A DNA stretch of 51,508 bases from an uncultured Candidatus Saccharibacteria bacterium (GCA_964586395.1 CAZPGP010000006.1:1-51508); one strand, 5' to 3'; shown: positions 33,696 to 42,416, numbered from the stretch's first letter. Made by a program: numbers and translations. The notes: generated by a model not told the origin, from the sequence alone.

Positions 33696-34775
33696 ATGGA
33701 AAAAATACAGCAACGTCTAAAATCCCTCCGCGGGCAGGTATCGCAGGCTTGGGCGCGATTACATGGCGATGAACTTGCGCATGAGCAAGAGTCTTTGCAG
33801 GCGCAAATGGCGAGATCAGATTTCTGGCAGGACAATCAACGCGCGCAGACGCTCACAAAGCAAGAGGCAAAACTTGAAGCCCTGCTGGCCCCGTGGCTCA
33901 GGTTGCAGCACGACGTCGACGACCTTGTCGAGCTAGCCGAGGCGGGCGATGTATCACTAGCTAATGAGATTGAGGCGCAGGTCGTGGCCCTGGAAGAAAG
34001 TTTCGACAGTCTCAAGCGCGACTTGTTATTCTCTGGCAAATACGATGACCACGACGTCATCTTGCGCTTGAGCGCTGGTGCTGGTGGAACAGATGCGCAG
34101 GACTGGGCGCAGATGTTGCTACGGATGTACACTCGCTGGGCGGAGCGGAGTGAAATGAAAGTTGAACTGCTGGAGCAGTCGAGCGGTGAAGAAGCGGGAA
34201 TAAAGAGCGCGACGTTGAGCATTAGCGGTCCATACGCTTACGGCAAACTTCGCGGCGAGCACGGCGTGCATCGTTTGGTACGTTTGAGCCCATTTAATTC
34301 CGACAACCTGCGCCAGACTTCGTTCGCGCTGGTTGAGGCACTGCCACAAATCGACGCACCCGAAGAAGTCGAGCTGGATGATCGCGATCTCAAGGTTGAC
34401 GTTTTCCGCGCCGGTGGCCATGGCGGCCAATCTGTGAACACGACCGATTCAGCCGTGCGCGTGACGCACCTGCCGAGCGGCATAACGGTGAGTATTCAGA
34501 ACGAGCGCAGCCAGCTACAGAATAAAGAGACCGCCATGAAACTGCTGCGGTCCAAGCTTGCACAGCTCGCTGTTGAGCAACACCAGGACAAAATAGCCGA
34601 GCTGAAAGGCCCGACTAAGTCGGCAGAGTGGGGCGCACAGATTCGCAACTACGTACTGCACCCGTACACCATGGTGAAAGACACGCGAACCAAATATGAG
34701 GAGCGCGACGCACAGGCCGTGCTGGATGGCAAAATCGACGGTTTTATTGACGCCTATCTCGAACAGGCGGTTTAG
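33696..34775 (+). CDS. prfB: Peptide chain release factor 2 (single ORF, no programmed frameshift)
   Basis: GGQ loop ([19 protein letters not shown]) and the RF2-specific SPF (RLSPFNS). TATACT lies 7 nt upstream of the ATG. Confidence 0.95.
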   Translation: MEKIQQRLKSLRGQVSQAWARLHGDELAHEQESLQAQMARSDFWQDNQRAQTLTKQEAKLEALLAPWLRLQHDVDDLVELAEAGDVSLANEIEAQVVALEESFDSLKRDLLFSGKYDDHDVILRLSAGAGGTDAQDWAQMLLRMYTRWAERSEMKVELLEQSSGEEAGIKSATLSISGPYAYGKLRGEHGVHRLVRLSPFNSDNLRQTSFALVEALPQIDAPEEVELDDRDLKVDVFRAGGHGGQSVNTTDSAVRVTHLPSGITVSIQNERSQLQNKETAMKLLRSKLAQLAVEQHQDKIAELKGPTKSAEWGAQIRNYVLHPYTMVKDTRTKYEERDAQAVLDGKIDGFIDAYLEQAV

Positions 34776-34847
34776 GGGATTTTATTTTACGAGAAGTATG
34801 GTATAAATGATTCTGTCTGCAGCCATTCTCTCGGAAGGGAAGCTAGG

Positions 34848-35243
34848 TTGGGAAAACCGCCACAGCCAGCGACGCCAATCGTGCTGGTGGTGATCAACGT
34901 TGTCCCTCGGACTACTCGCGCAATAGCTGATGTGTACATCAGCCAGGTGGGTCCGGTCGCCAGGACGATCGTTTGCCGCAGCAAAGCGGATCTCGCTCGT
35001 CTTCATCCCAAGCCGCATCATTGGAACAGCCTCAGGTTTGTCCTGTCTGAAGGGGTCATCACGCCCGAATATCTCGCGGCGTGGGTTCTCGCCAGAGCCC
35101 CGAAGCAGGACTTCGTATTCGAGGCTGTCGATACGGCCCCAACCGATCGCCGCAAGGCGGCGCGCGAAGCACCGCGAAGCTTTGTGGTGCGATTCTGCGC
35201 CGCATTTGATCGGCTTCAGTCTTCGCCGCGTCGGCCTCGCTGA
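34848..35243 (+). CDS. GC-rich orphan protein E1 (131 aa)
   Basis: TTG start preceded by GGAAGGGA. The ORF ends 13 nt before a strong hairpin. The competing frame (34930-35313) runs through that hairpin and was rejected. No motif recognised. Confidence 0.4.
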   Translation: MGKPPQPATPIVLVVINVVPRTTRAIADVYISQVGPVARTIVCRSKADLARLHPKPHHWNSLRFVLSEGVITPEYLAAWVLARAPKQDFVFEAVDTAPTDRRKAAREAPRSFVVRFCAAFDRLQSSPRRPR

Positions 35244-35256
35244 GACAATTGGCCGT

Positions 35257-35295
35257 GGCTGGCCCTTTGCCCCAAATCAGGGCGAAGGGCCAGCC
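35257..35295 (+). terminator. GC-rich hairpin downstream of E1
   Basis: GGCTGGCCCTTTGCCC-caaatca-GGGCGAAGGGCCAGCC (one G-U pair). Confidence 0.5.
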
Positions 35296-35328
35296 AGGGC
35301 GGAAAAATACTAGTCATTCCAATGGATT

Positions 35329-35337
35329 TATAAGTTC
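35329..35337 (+). repeat. Cassette junction motif TATAAGTTC (exact)
   Basis: Lies between the two convergent cassette genes E1 and E2, 24 nt before the E2 hairpin. Confidence 0.6.
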
Positions 35338-35361
35338 ATATCTCGAGCGAGCGGAATAGCT

Positions 35362-35399
35362 GCGCGGCCGGGCTCAGAACTAGATAGAGCCCGGCGCGC
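35362..35399 (-). terminator. GC-rich hairpin downstream of cassette gene E2
   Basis: GCGCGGCCGGGCTC...GAGCCCGGCGCGC (one bulge), 4 nt past the stop at 35403. Confidence 0.5.
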
Positions 35400-35402
35400 G
35401 TG

Positions 35403-35777
35403 TCAGCAGAAGCGGTGCTTGAACGCGACGGGCAATTCTGTGCCCAGTGCGCGAATTTTTTGGTCTTCCCCGGCCCAAGGGATGGGGGTGGTGACCAGGC
35501 CTGCCGCAACCGTGATCCTGTTCGATGCCGTTTGGCCTACTCCGTAGCGCGGAGCGAAGGCGAAGAGCACCCATTCGGGCAGGATCATCATGAACCAGCC
35601 TTCCTCCAAGTCTAGGAGACGCTGGCTAACGACGATCGGCAGAGACGGGCTCCCCAGCACGGCCTGGGCGCGTTGCCAAGACGGGGCGGGTAACACGGCT
35701 CGGGCGATTCTCAGCGGCGTAGGGCCGGACCGAGGGGCTTTGATCATCAGCCCCCGGTACGGGTTACGAGTTACCAT
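35403..35777 (-). CDS. GC-rich orphan protein E2 (124 aa)
   Basis: ATG 35777 preceded by AGGAAA. A TATAAT box lies upstream on the minus strand at about 35812-35817. No motif recognised. Confidence 0.45.
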   Translation of the reverse strand: MVTRNPYRGLMIKAPRSGPTPLRIARAVLPAPSWQRAQAVLGSPSLPIVVSQRLLDLEEGWFMMILPEWVLFAFAPRYGVGQTASNRITVAAGLVTTPIPWAGEDQKIRALGTELPVAFKHRFC

Positions 35778-35909
35778 CGGGGTTTCCTAGCGGTCGTCAA
35801 ACTCTGACCGATAGATTATAGAATAAAATATTAACAAAATGAAGTATTTATTTGTCGAAGGTCTGCATCGGCCCTATATTCATGAGCACTATACTGCTAC
35901 AATGGTATT

Positions 35910-36596
35910 GTGATTTTACTCGACCGAGTGACCAAAATTTACGGAAAAGACAACAAGCCAGCGCTCAATAGGGTAAGCCTCCATGTCGAGCCGAAAGAGT
36001 TCGTCATTTTAGTAGGCACCTCTGGCGCAGGTAAGTCTTCGCTGCTCAAAATTCTAACCCGCGAAGAGCGTCCCACCAGTGGCAAAATCGTCGTGGGCGG
36101 TATTGACTACGATACGTTGAAAGATCGTAATATTCCGCTGCTGCGCCGCAAAATTGGCGTCGTATTCCAGGACTTTAAGCTTCTGCCGCAGCGCACCGTG
36201 TTCGAGAATATTTCTTTTGCACTCGAGATCGTGGGTATGAGCAACCGCGAGATTCGTCATACTGTTCCTAAAGTTATCGAGCTGGTCGGTCTGACTGGTA
36301 AGGAGAACAAATTCCCGAACGAACTGTCCGGTGGTGAGCAGCAACGCGTGGCGATTGCCCGTGCCGTTGTGCGTCAGCCTAAGATCCTGATCGCCGACGA
36401 GCCGACTGGCAACCTTGACCCTAAGCACAGCTGGGATATTGTACGTTTGCTAGAGAAGATTAACCGCTACGGCACAACCGTATTGCTGACAACGCACAAC
36501 CAAGATATCGTGAACAAACTTAAGCGTCGTGTGATCACCATCGACCACGGTAAGGTCATCTCGGATGTCGCGCAAGGCAGCTACAACCAAGGATAG
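35910..36596 (+). CDS. ftsE: Cell-division ABC ATPase FtsE
   Basis: Walker A GTSGAGKSS, signature LSGGEQQRVAIARA, Walker B ILIADEPTGNLD. GTG start. Followed by ftsX. Confidence 0.9.
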   Translation: MILLDRVTKIYGKDNKPALNRVSLHVEPKEFVILVGTSGAGKSSLLKILTREERPTSGKIVVGGIDYDTLKDRNIPLLRRKIGVVFQDFKLLPQRTVFENISFALEIVGMSNREIRHTVPKVIELVGLTGKENKFPNELSGGEQQRVAIARAVVRQPKILIADEPTGNLDPKHSWDIVRLLEKINRYGTTVLLTTHNQDIVNKLKRRVITIDHGKVISDVAQGSYNQG

Positions 36597-36600
36597 AACC

Positions 36601-37530
36601 ATGAAACGAAGTATGACCACATTTCTGCGCATTTTCCGTTACGGCCTCGACAACTTCCGCCGTAACGCCTGGCTGACAACAGCTGCGACTATTGTGATGA
36701 CCATCACACTACTGATTATCATTACAACGGTGTTTGCGCGCTTTGTATTTAATGACACGATCGATCAAGTCCGCCAGAAGATCGATATTTCTGTGTATTT
36801 GCGTGACGATGTAACGCCATCGCAGGTTCAGAAATTCGTCGGCGACCTAAAGAATGTTCCACTTGTAACATCCGTAACCTATAAATCTAAGGAAGAAGCC
36901 CGCAAAGACTTCGAGAAGAGCAACAGTTCCGAGTTCAGTAACTTGCAGGCACTAGGCGAACTCGGCTCGGACAACCCATTCCCAGCCAGCTTGAAGATTA
37001 AGACCAAGGACCCGAACAAGCTCGACCCACTTAATGCGGTGATCGACAAGAACAAACCGCTTCTGGACGCCAGTACGCCAACAAGCTATTCCGGCGAGCG
37101 CAAAGCTGCCATCGACAACATCGCTAACGTCTCACAGTTCTCAGAGACGGCAGGTCTTGTGGCCGCAGGCGTGTTCGTTGTTATATCTATTATGATCGTC
37201 TTTAACACTATCCGCATGGCTATCTTTAACCGCCGCGACGAGATTGAGATGATGAAGCTTATCGGGGCAGAGAAGTACTTTATCCGCGGACCGTTCATTG
37301 TGGAGGCGGCAATGTATGGTGTGTTGGCTTCGATTGTGTCTGTCATCTTGGTATACGCTGTGCTGTTGAGCCGAGCAAACGAACTTTCGCAATACGAAAT
37401 TGTCGTCGGTAGCACGGTACAATTCTTCCAGTCGTGGCCGGTGTTGGTCTTCTTGGCTCAGCTGGTTATCGGTATTTTGATCGGTGTATTCTCGGCGCAG
37501 TTAGCCATTCGCCGCTACCTGAAGCTGTAA
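36601..37530 (+). CDS. ftsX: Cell-division permease-like protein FtsX
   Basis: One TM segment, a large extracytoplasmic loop, and 3 C-terminal TM segments. Start trimmed to ATG 36601, just after the ftsE stop. Confidence 0.85.
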   Translation: MKRSMTTFLRIFRYGLDNFRRNAWLTTAATIVMTITLLIIITTVFARFVFNDTIDQVRQKIDISVYLRDDVTPSQVQKFVGDLKNVPLVTSVTYKSKEEARKDFEKSNSSEFSNLQALGELGSDNPFPASLKIKTKDPNKLDPLNAVIDKNKPLLDASTPTSYSGERKAAIDNIANVSQFSETAGLVAAGVFVVISIMIVFNTIRMAIFNRRDEIEMMKLIGAEKYFIRGPFIVEAAMYGVLASIVSVILVYAVLLSRANELSQYEIVVGSTVQFFQSWPVLVFLAQLVIGILIGVFSAQLAIRRYLKL

Positions 37531-37569
37531 GCGTAAGCTCGATTGACAGGATATAGAGATTAGGATATT

Positions 37570-38697
37570 ATGATGAAGATTCGAATGCGTACACAAACAA
37601 ACATCACCATCTTCGGAAGCCTTCGCAAAGCAGCCGCCGGCACGCTTCTTGCTTTGTTGATGGCAATCTCTCCAGCTTTGAGCGTCTACGCCGACAACTT
37701 TGACGACCAAATCAACGCCCTGCAGCAGCAGGTGAGTGCCTTCCAGGAACAGGCCGGCCAATTGCGCGCACAGGCAGATAATCTGCAGGCTCAGATTGGC
37801 GCCATCGACACCCAGAAGCGAGCGATCGAGGCGCAAATATCTGCCAACGAGCTCAAGAGGGAGCAGCTGAATCAGCAGATCCAGGAAACTTCCGACCGTA
37901 TCACAACGCAGAAGGATGGCTTGGGCAAAAACCTTCGTTCTATGTATGTAGAGAGCGACATTTCTCCGCTTGAAATGGTTGCCTCCAGCAAAAGCATCAG
38001 TGATTTTATCGACAAGCAGGAATACCGCAACAAGATTCGCGATGCCATTCAGGACAGCCTAAAACAGATCAAGGATTTGCAGGCCAAGCTCACCTCACAG
38101 CGCCAGGAAGTCGAGAACGTCCTAGCGAGCCAGAAGGCTTTGCAGTCCAACCTTGCAGAGCAGGAAGCTCAGAAGAACCAGCTATTGGCTGAGACTCAGG
38201 GCCAGGAAGACGCTTATCGTCAGCTCGTATCCAGCAACAACAATAAAATCAACGACCTACGTTCACAGCAGCGCGCCGCTAACGCACGCTTTATTGGCTC
38301 GGCTGGCTCTGGCCCAGCTTGTGGCGGCGGCTACCCGGGCGTCTACTGTAACGCGCCAATGGACAGCATCGTCGACAACTGGCTGATGTATAACCGCGAA
38401 TGTGTGAGCTACGCTGCCTGGAAAGTCTACGTCAGCCACGGCTACAGCCCAACAGGCTGGGGTAACGCTAACATGTGGCCTGGCAATGCTCGGTCCGCCG
38501 GCCTGTCGGTGGACGGTAACCCTCGCGTTGGCGACGTCGCCGTTTGGAACGTCGGCTACTATGGTCACGTTATGTACGTCGAAGCGGTTCACGGTGACGG
38601 CACGATCTCTATCTCGCAGTACAATGCCGACTGGAACGGTACGTTCAGTACCGCTCGAGTCAGCGCTGGTGGCCTAGAGTTTATTCACTTCAAATAG
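37570..38697 (+). CDS. PcsB-like peptidoglycan hydrolase (signal peptide, long coiled coil, C-terminal CHAP domain)
   Basis: Gln-rich heptad region of about 200 aa, then a CHAP core with NRECVSYAAWKV (Cys) and GHVMYVEAV (His). Lies directly downstream of ftsEX. Confidence 0.75.
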   Translation: MMKIRMRTQTNITIFGSLRKAAAGTLLALLMAISPALSVYADNFDDQINALQQQVSAFQEQAGQLRAQADNLQAQIGAIDTQKRAIEAQISANELKREQLNQQIQETSDRITTQKDGLGKNLRSMYVESDISPLEMVASSKSISDFIDKQEYRNKIRDAIQDSLKQIKDLQAKLTSQRQEVENVLASQKALQSNLAEQEAQKNQLLAETQGQEDAYRQLVSSNNNKINDLRSQQRAANARFIGSAGSGPACGGGYPGVYCNAPMDSIVDNWLMYNRECVSYAAWKVYVSHGYSPTGWGNANMWPGNARSAGLSVDGNPRVGDVAVWNVGYYGHVMYVEAVHGDGTISISQYNADWNGTFSTARVSAGGLEFIHFK

Positions 38698-38719
38698 TAT
38701 ATAATTGAGCTCGAGCGAA

Positions 38720-38745
38720 GGGTGCCTCTACGGGAGGCCCCTTTT
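38720..38745 (+). terminator. Hairpin plus T-tract between the PcsB-like gene and the gnd-like cassette gene
   Basis: GGGTGCCTC-tacgg-GAGGCCCC followed by TTTT. Could terminate the upstream gene or act as a leader attenuator of the cassette. Confidence 0.45.
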
Positions 38746-38779
38746 AGTTGCTCATCCTTCGACCCGAGAGGGGAACGCA

Positions 38780-39709
38780 ATGCAACTCGGAATGGTGGGC
38801 CTGGGCAAGATGGGCGGCAACATGGTGGCGCGTCTCGTCCGCGATTCCGGCCACGAGGTCGTCGTCTTCGACCGCGAGCCCGATGCCATCACTCGCATTC
38901 AGGAGAGCGGCGTCGGCGTCACCGGTGCTTACTCGCTGGTGCGACTGGTCGAGCGCCTGGAAGCCCCGCGCGTAGTGTGGGTCATGGTGCCGGCCGGACA
39001 GCCGACGGAGTCGACCATCGACGAACTGGCCGACTTGCTGGAGCCGGGCGACGTCATCATCGACGGCGGCAACACCAACTGGCACGACGACACCCGTCGG
39101 CACTCGGTTCTGGCTGAGCGCGGCATCCACTACGTGGACGTCGGCACGTCCGGCGGCGTGCACGGTCTGAACAACGGCTACTGCATGATGGTCGGCGGCG
39201 ACGGCGAGGTCGTCAAGCTCATCGAGCCGATCCTGGACACCCTGGCGCCCGCGCCCAACGCGACGCACGGCCCGGGGTGGCTGCACGTCGGTCCGGCCGG
39301 TGCGGGTCACTACGTCAAGATGGTCCACAACGGCATCGAGTACGGAATGATGCGCGCCATCGCCGAGGGCTTCGGCATCATGGACGCCCACGAGTTCGAC
39401 CTGGATCTGGCCAAGATCGCGCACCTGTGGATGCGCGGCAGCGTGGTGCGGTCCTGGCTGGTTGAGTTGACGGCCGCAGCTCTGGACGCCGAGGGCAACG
39501 ATCTCGCAGGCCTGAAGCCGGTGGTCGCTGACTCGGGTGAGGGCCGCTGGACGGTCGACGAAGCCGTGCGCCTGCGGGTGCCGGCGTACGTGATCGCCGC
39601 GTCGCTGTTCTCGCGGTTCGACTCGCAGGATGGGGGCGACTTCGCTGCCAGGTGCGAGGCCGCACTCCGGGCTCAGTTCGGCGGCCACGCTGTCGTCCGC
39701 AAGGACTGA
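38780..39709 (+). CDS. gnd: 6-phosphogluconate dehydrogenase (decarboxylating), short gnd-like form; GC-rich cassette gene F
   Basis: Contains MQLGMVGLGKMGGNM (Rossmann), IIDGGNT, VDVGTSGGVHG and HYVKMVHNGIEYGMM. Start at ATG 38780 after GAGAGGGGA. GC3 is near saturation. Confidence 0.85.
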   Translation: MQLGMVGLGKMGGNMVARLVRDSGHEVVVFDREPDAITRIQESGVGVTGAYSLVRLVERLEAPRVVWVMVPAGQPTESTIDELADLLEPGDVIIDGGNTNWHDDTRRHSVLAERGIHYVDVGTSGGVHGLNNGYCMMVGGDGEVVKLIEPILDTLAPAPNATHGPGWLHVGPAGAGHYVKMVHNGIEYGMMRAIAEGFGIMDAHEFDLDLAKIAHLWMRGSVVRSWLVELTAAALDAEGNDLAGLKPVVADSGEGRWTVDEAVRLRVPAYVIAASLFSRFDSQDGGDFAARCEAALRAQFGGHAVVRKD

Positions 39710-39719
39710 GCAGCGCCGA

Positions 39720-39766
39720 GGGGCGGGCGGTAGGGTACACGAGACAAAGTGCCCACCGCCTGCCCC
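39720..39766 (+). terminator. Long GC-rich hairpin downstream of the gnd-like gene
   Basis: GGGGCGGGCGGTAGGGTAC-10 nt-GTGCCCACCGCCTGCCCC (about 18 bp with one bulge and two G-U pairs). No U-tract. Confidence 0.5.
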
Positions 39767-39789
39767 CGGCAGCAGATACGTAGTATCAT

Positions 39790-39798
39790 GAGCTTATG
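39790..39798 (-). repeat. Degenerate junction motif (minus strand CATAAGCTC), overlapping the start codon of the next gene
   Basis: Has 2 mismatches to TATAAGTTC. Its orientation relative to the cassette gene matches the other cassettes (gene, hairpin, GAACTTATA-like). Confidence 0.3.
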
Positions 39799-40302
39799 GA
39801 AAAGTTCTTGCCCGGTATTCATTTGTTACCAAAACGGGCGCGCCTCACACTTGGTTGGGTGGTTTTGATGATAGGGTTGGCTGTTAGCGTTGTGTCTATC
39901 GTGGCAGTTGCGAGTATGGGGCCAGCTTGTGGTGGCGGCTATCCGGAGAAATGGTGCCGCGCTAAACTTGATACAGTTGTGGACGACTGGGGGATGTACA
40001 ACCGTGAGTGCGTCAGTTATACCGCGCACAAGGTCGCTTCATCTGGTCGCGCTATGCCGTATGGCTTTGGTGACGCCAACAGGTGGCCAGAGGCCGCTCG
40101 TGATAATGGCATCGCCGTCGACGCACAACCTAGGGTGGGGGACGTGGCCGTCCTGCCAGATGGTGAGCACGGCCACTCGATGTATGTCGAGGCGGTCCAT
40201 AACGACGGCACGATCAGCGTCAGCCAGTACAACAAAGCCAAAACCGGCACCTACAGCGAAGAACGACGAAAGACTGAAGGCTTAGTGTTTATTCACTTCT
40301 AA
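39796..40302 (+). CDS. Small membrane-anchored CHAP-domain hydrolase (paralog of the C-terminus of 37570-38697)
   Basis: GPACGGGYPEKWCRAKLDTVVDDWGMYNRECVSYTAHKV ... GHSMYVEAV ... VFIHF aligns by eye with the CHAP domain of the PcsB-like protein. Confidence 0.75.
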   Translation: MEKFLPGIHLLPKRARLTLGWVVLMIGLAVSVVSIVAVASMGPACGGGYPEKWCRAKLDTVVDDWGMYNRECVSYTAHKVASSGRAMPYGFGDANRWPEAARDNGIAVDAQPRVGDVAVLPDGEHGHSMYVEAVHNDGTISVSQYNKAKTGTYSEERRKTEGLVFIHF

Positions 40303-40392
40303 GCAAACGTTCAGGTGGGGCGAGCATAGTAAGGGCAATCTATAAAAAGCTTACGCCTGAGCCAGCCAGGTGGTGTATCATAGGAGTAGTTT

Positions 40393-41634
40393 ATGAAAGA
40401 CACAGAAGGAGCAGACGTGGCAGTGACTAGTGACGTGCCTCGCCCGGTTAAAAAAGGGCGCACCGTTAAACTTGGTACGGTAATTTTGATTAGTGTAATT
40501 ATTGCAGTGGTTGGATTTGTAGGCGGCATGCGCGCTTCGGACCTCATCGTGGCGTTCGGCAATAGTCAGAACAAGAACACGCCTTCGCAGCTAAACTTTT
40601 CGAGCGTTCAGGACGTCTACGACAAGCTGCGCGAGAAGTACGATGGCAAACTAGACGTCCAAAAACTCATCGATGGCGCAAAGCGCGGTATGGTTGAGGC
40701 GACCGGCGATCCGTACACTGTTTACTTTACGGACGACGAAGCTAAGCAATTCTTCGGTGACCTCGAAGGTAAATTCAGCGGCATTGGCGCTGAATTGGAC
40801 AAGCGCGACAATCAGTTGATCATCGTTGCTACCATCGACGAGTCTCCAGCGCGCAAGGCCGGCCTACTGGCGAGCGATGCCATCGTGAAGGTTAATGACG
40901 AAGACGCATCGAGCTGGAGTGTCGAGAAGGCCGTCAGCAAAATCCGCGGTGACAAGGGTACAACCGTAAAGCTTGGCATCGTCCGCGACAACAAGCTCCA
41001 GGAAATCTCAATCGTCCGCGACGAGATCGTCACGCCAAGCGTGACCCACAGCATAAACGGTGACAATATCGGCTACCTCCGTATCTCACGCTTTGCCGAA
41101 GGCGACACCTCACGTCTAGCCGCAGCGGCAGCAGAAGAGTTCAAGAGCAAGGGCGTGAAGGGCGTTGTGCTGGACATGCGCGGCAACGGCGGTGGTTATC
41201 TGACCGCGGCTCAGGAAGTTTCGAGTCTATGGCTTAAAGATAAAGTTATCGTACAAGAACGGCGCGACGGCGTGACACAGGAAACCCTGAAGTCGGGCAG
41301 CAACCCTATACTAGAAGGCATTCCCACGACCGTTCTAGTTGACGCGGGGAGCGCCAGTGCCAGCGAGATCGTGGCTGGAGCGCTGCGTGACAACGGTGCA
41401 GCCAAGCTGGTCGGCGTCAAGACGTTCGGCAAGGGTAGCGTGCAGGACATCGTAAGCCTGGGTAGCGGCGGAGAACTCAAGGTCACAATCGCCAAGTGGT
41501 ACACGCCTAACGGCAAGAATATCAACAAAGAAGGCATCGAGCCTGACGTAAAGGTCGAGATAAGCGACGACGATCTCAAGAACGGTCGTGACCCCCAAAA
41601 GGATCAAGCTTACTCTATCGTAAAAAACCAATAA
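40393..41634 (+). CDS. S41 carboxy-terminal processing protease with a PDZ domain
   Basis: TM anchor, PDZ region (ESPARKAGLLASDAIVKVND), and S41 core (LDMRGNGGG, GSASASEI, TFGKGSVQ). Confidence 0.85.
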   Translation: MKDTEGADVAVTSDVPRPVKKGRTVKLGTVILISVIIAVVGFVGGMRASDLIVAFGNSQNKNTPSQLNFSSVQDVYDKLREKYDGKLDVQKLIDGAKRGMVEATGDPYTVYFTDDEAKQFFGDLEGKFSGIGAELDKRDNQLIIVATIDESPARKAGLLASDAIVKVNDEDASSWSVEKAVSKIRGDKGTTVKLGIVRDNKLQEISIVRDEIVTPSVTHSINGDNIGYLRISRFAEGDTSRLAAAAAEEFKSKGVKGVVLDMRGNGGGYLTAAQEVSSLWLKDKVIVQERRDGVTQETLKSGSNPILEGIPTTVLVDAGSASASEIVAGALRDNGAAKLVGVKTFGKGSVQDIVSLGSGGELKVTIAKWYTPNGKNINKEGIEPDVKVEISDDDLKNGRDPQKDQAYSIVKNQ

Positions 41635-41654
41635 AGTGCTAAACTGAGATCAAG

Positions 41655-42041
41655 ATGGACGCTAAGAAGAAGATTTTGCTAGTCGAAGACGACACGGCGC
41701 TCGCGAATGTCTACGTTTCGCGCCTCCAGTTAGAGGGGTTTGACGTTCGCCATGTCCAGAATGGCGAGGACGCGTTGAGCACGGCCATCGAATACAAGCC
41801 AGATCTCATTGTCCTGGACGCCATGATGCCAAAGATCAGCGGCTTTGACGTCCTGGATATCTTGCGCAATACGGCTCAGACCGCCAATGTGCGTATCATT
41901 ATGCTGACGGCGTTGAGCCAAGCGAAGGACCGCGAACGAGCCGAGCAGCTTGGCGTGGATGATTACCTCGTCAAATCTCAGGTAGTAATTGGAGACGTTG
42001 TCTCGCGCATCAAGCACCACTTGGGCATGGAAACTTCCTAG
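41655..42041 (+). CDS. Single-domain response regulator (receiver only)
   Basis: KKILLVEDD, DLIVLDAMMPKISG and IIMLTA.. K. No output domain. Confidence 0.8.
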   Translation: MDAKKKILLVEDDTALANVYVSRLQLEGFDVRHVQNGEDALSTAIEYKPDLIVLDAMMPKISGFDVLDILRNTAQTANVRIIMLTALSQAKDRERAEQLGVDDYLVKSQVVIGDVVSRIKHHLGMETS

Positions 42042-42063
42042 CCTCCGTAAACTTACTGAAAAC

Positions 42064-42094
42064 AAAACTCCCGGTCATATCGACCGGGAGTTTC
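42064..42094. terminator. Bidirectional intrinsic terminator between the receiver gene and rpmA
   Basis: AAAA-CTCCCGGTC-atatc-GACCGGGAG-TTTC. Confidence 0.6.
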
Positions 42095-42113
42095 TTGTTT
42101 GACTAAAGTGTAT

Positions 42114-42416
42114 TTACTTTTTCTTTGCTGGTGTAGCAGCTTCGTCAAGAACCATGACCTGAGTACGAATGGTTGTCTTGCCGGTAAATCGCTTTACTTT
42201 GACCTTCTGGAAAGCGACAACGCCAGCCTTTGCGGCGTGGATAGTGAAGTCGCGTGAAATGAACGTACCAGGACCTGCGGTCTTGGTCTGGCCAACCTGT
42301 CGAACGAGGACTTCGCCCTCATTAACTTTTTGGCCACCAAAACGCTTCACACCGAGGCGTTGGCCGGGTGAGTCGTGGACGTTTTTGGCTGTACCGCCTG
42401 CTTTAACGTGTGACAT
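42114..42416 (-). CDS. rpmA: 50S ribosomal protein L27
   Basis: Contains MSHVKAGGTAKNVHDSPGQRLGVKRFGGQ. Confidence 0.9.
   Translation of the reverse strand: MSHVKAGGTAKNVHDSPGQRLGVKRFGGQKVNEGEVLVRQVGQTKTAGPGTFISRDFTIHAAKAGVVAFQKVKVKRFTGKTTIRTQVMVLDEAATPAKKK

Noticed and set aside
33696-34775. Programmed +1 frameshift in prfB
   Set aside because: The RF2 ORF is uninterrupted from the ATG to the stop, and no in-frame UGA is visible near codon 25.
38707-38715. Clustered restriction sites at cassette borders (GAGCTCGAG at 38707, CTCGAG at 35342, AAGCTTAAG at 51448, GGATCC at 17450) as a sign of an engineered construct
   Set aside because: Each 6-mer is expected about a dozen times in 51 kb by chance. 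No vector, marker or polylinker sequence is recognisable. This cannot be excluded without a vector screen, but it is not supported.
38744-39688. 314-aa antisense ORF, plus several other long ORFs (38722-39117, 39378-39740), overlapping the gnd-like gene
   Set aside because: These are shadow ORFs typical of GC-rich DNA. Their products are Arg/Ala/Pro-rich low complexity, while the + frame from 38780 has unmistakable 6PGDH motifs.
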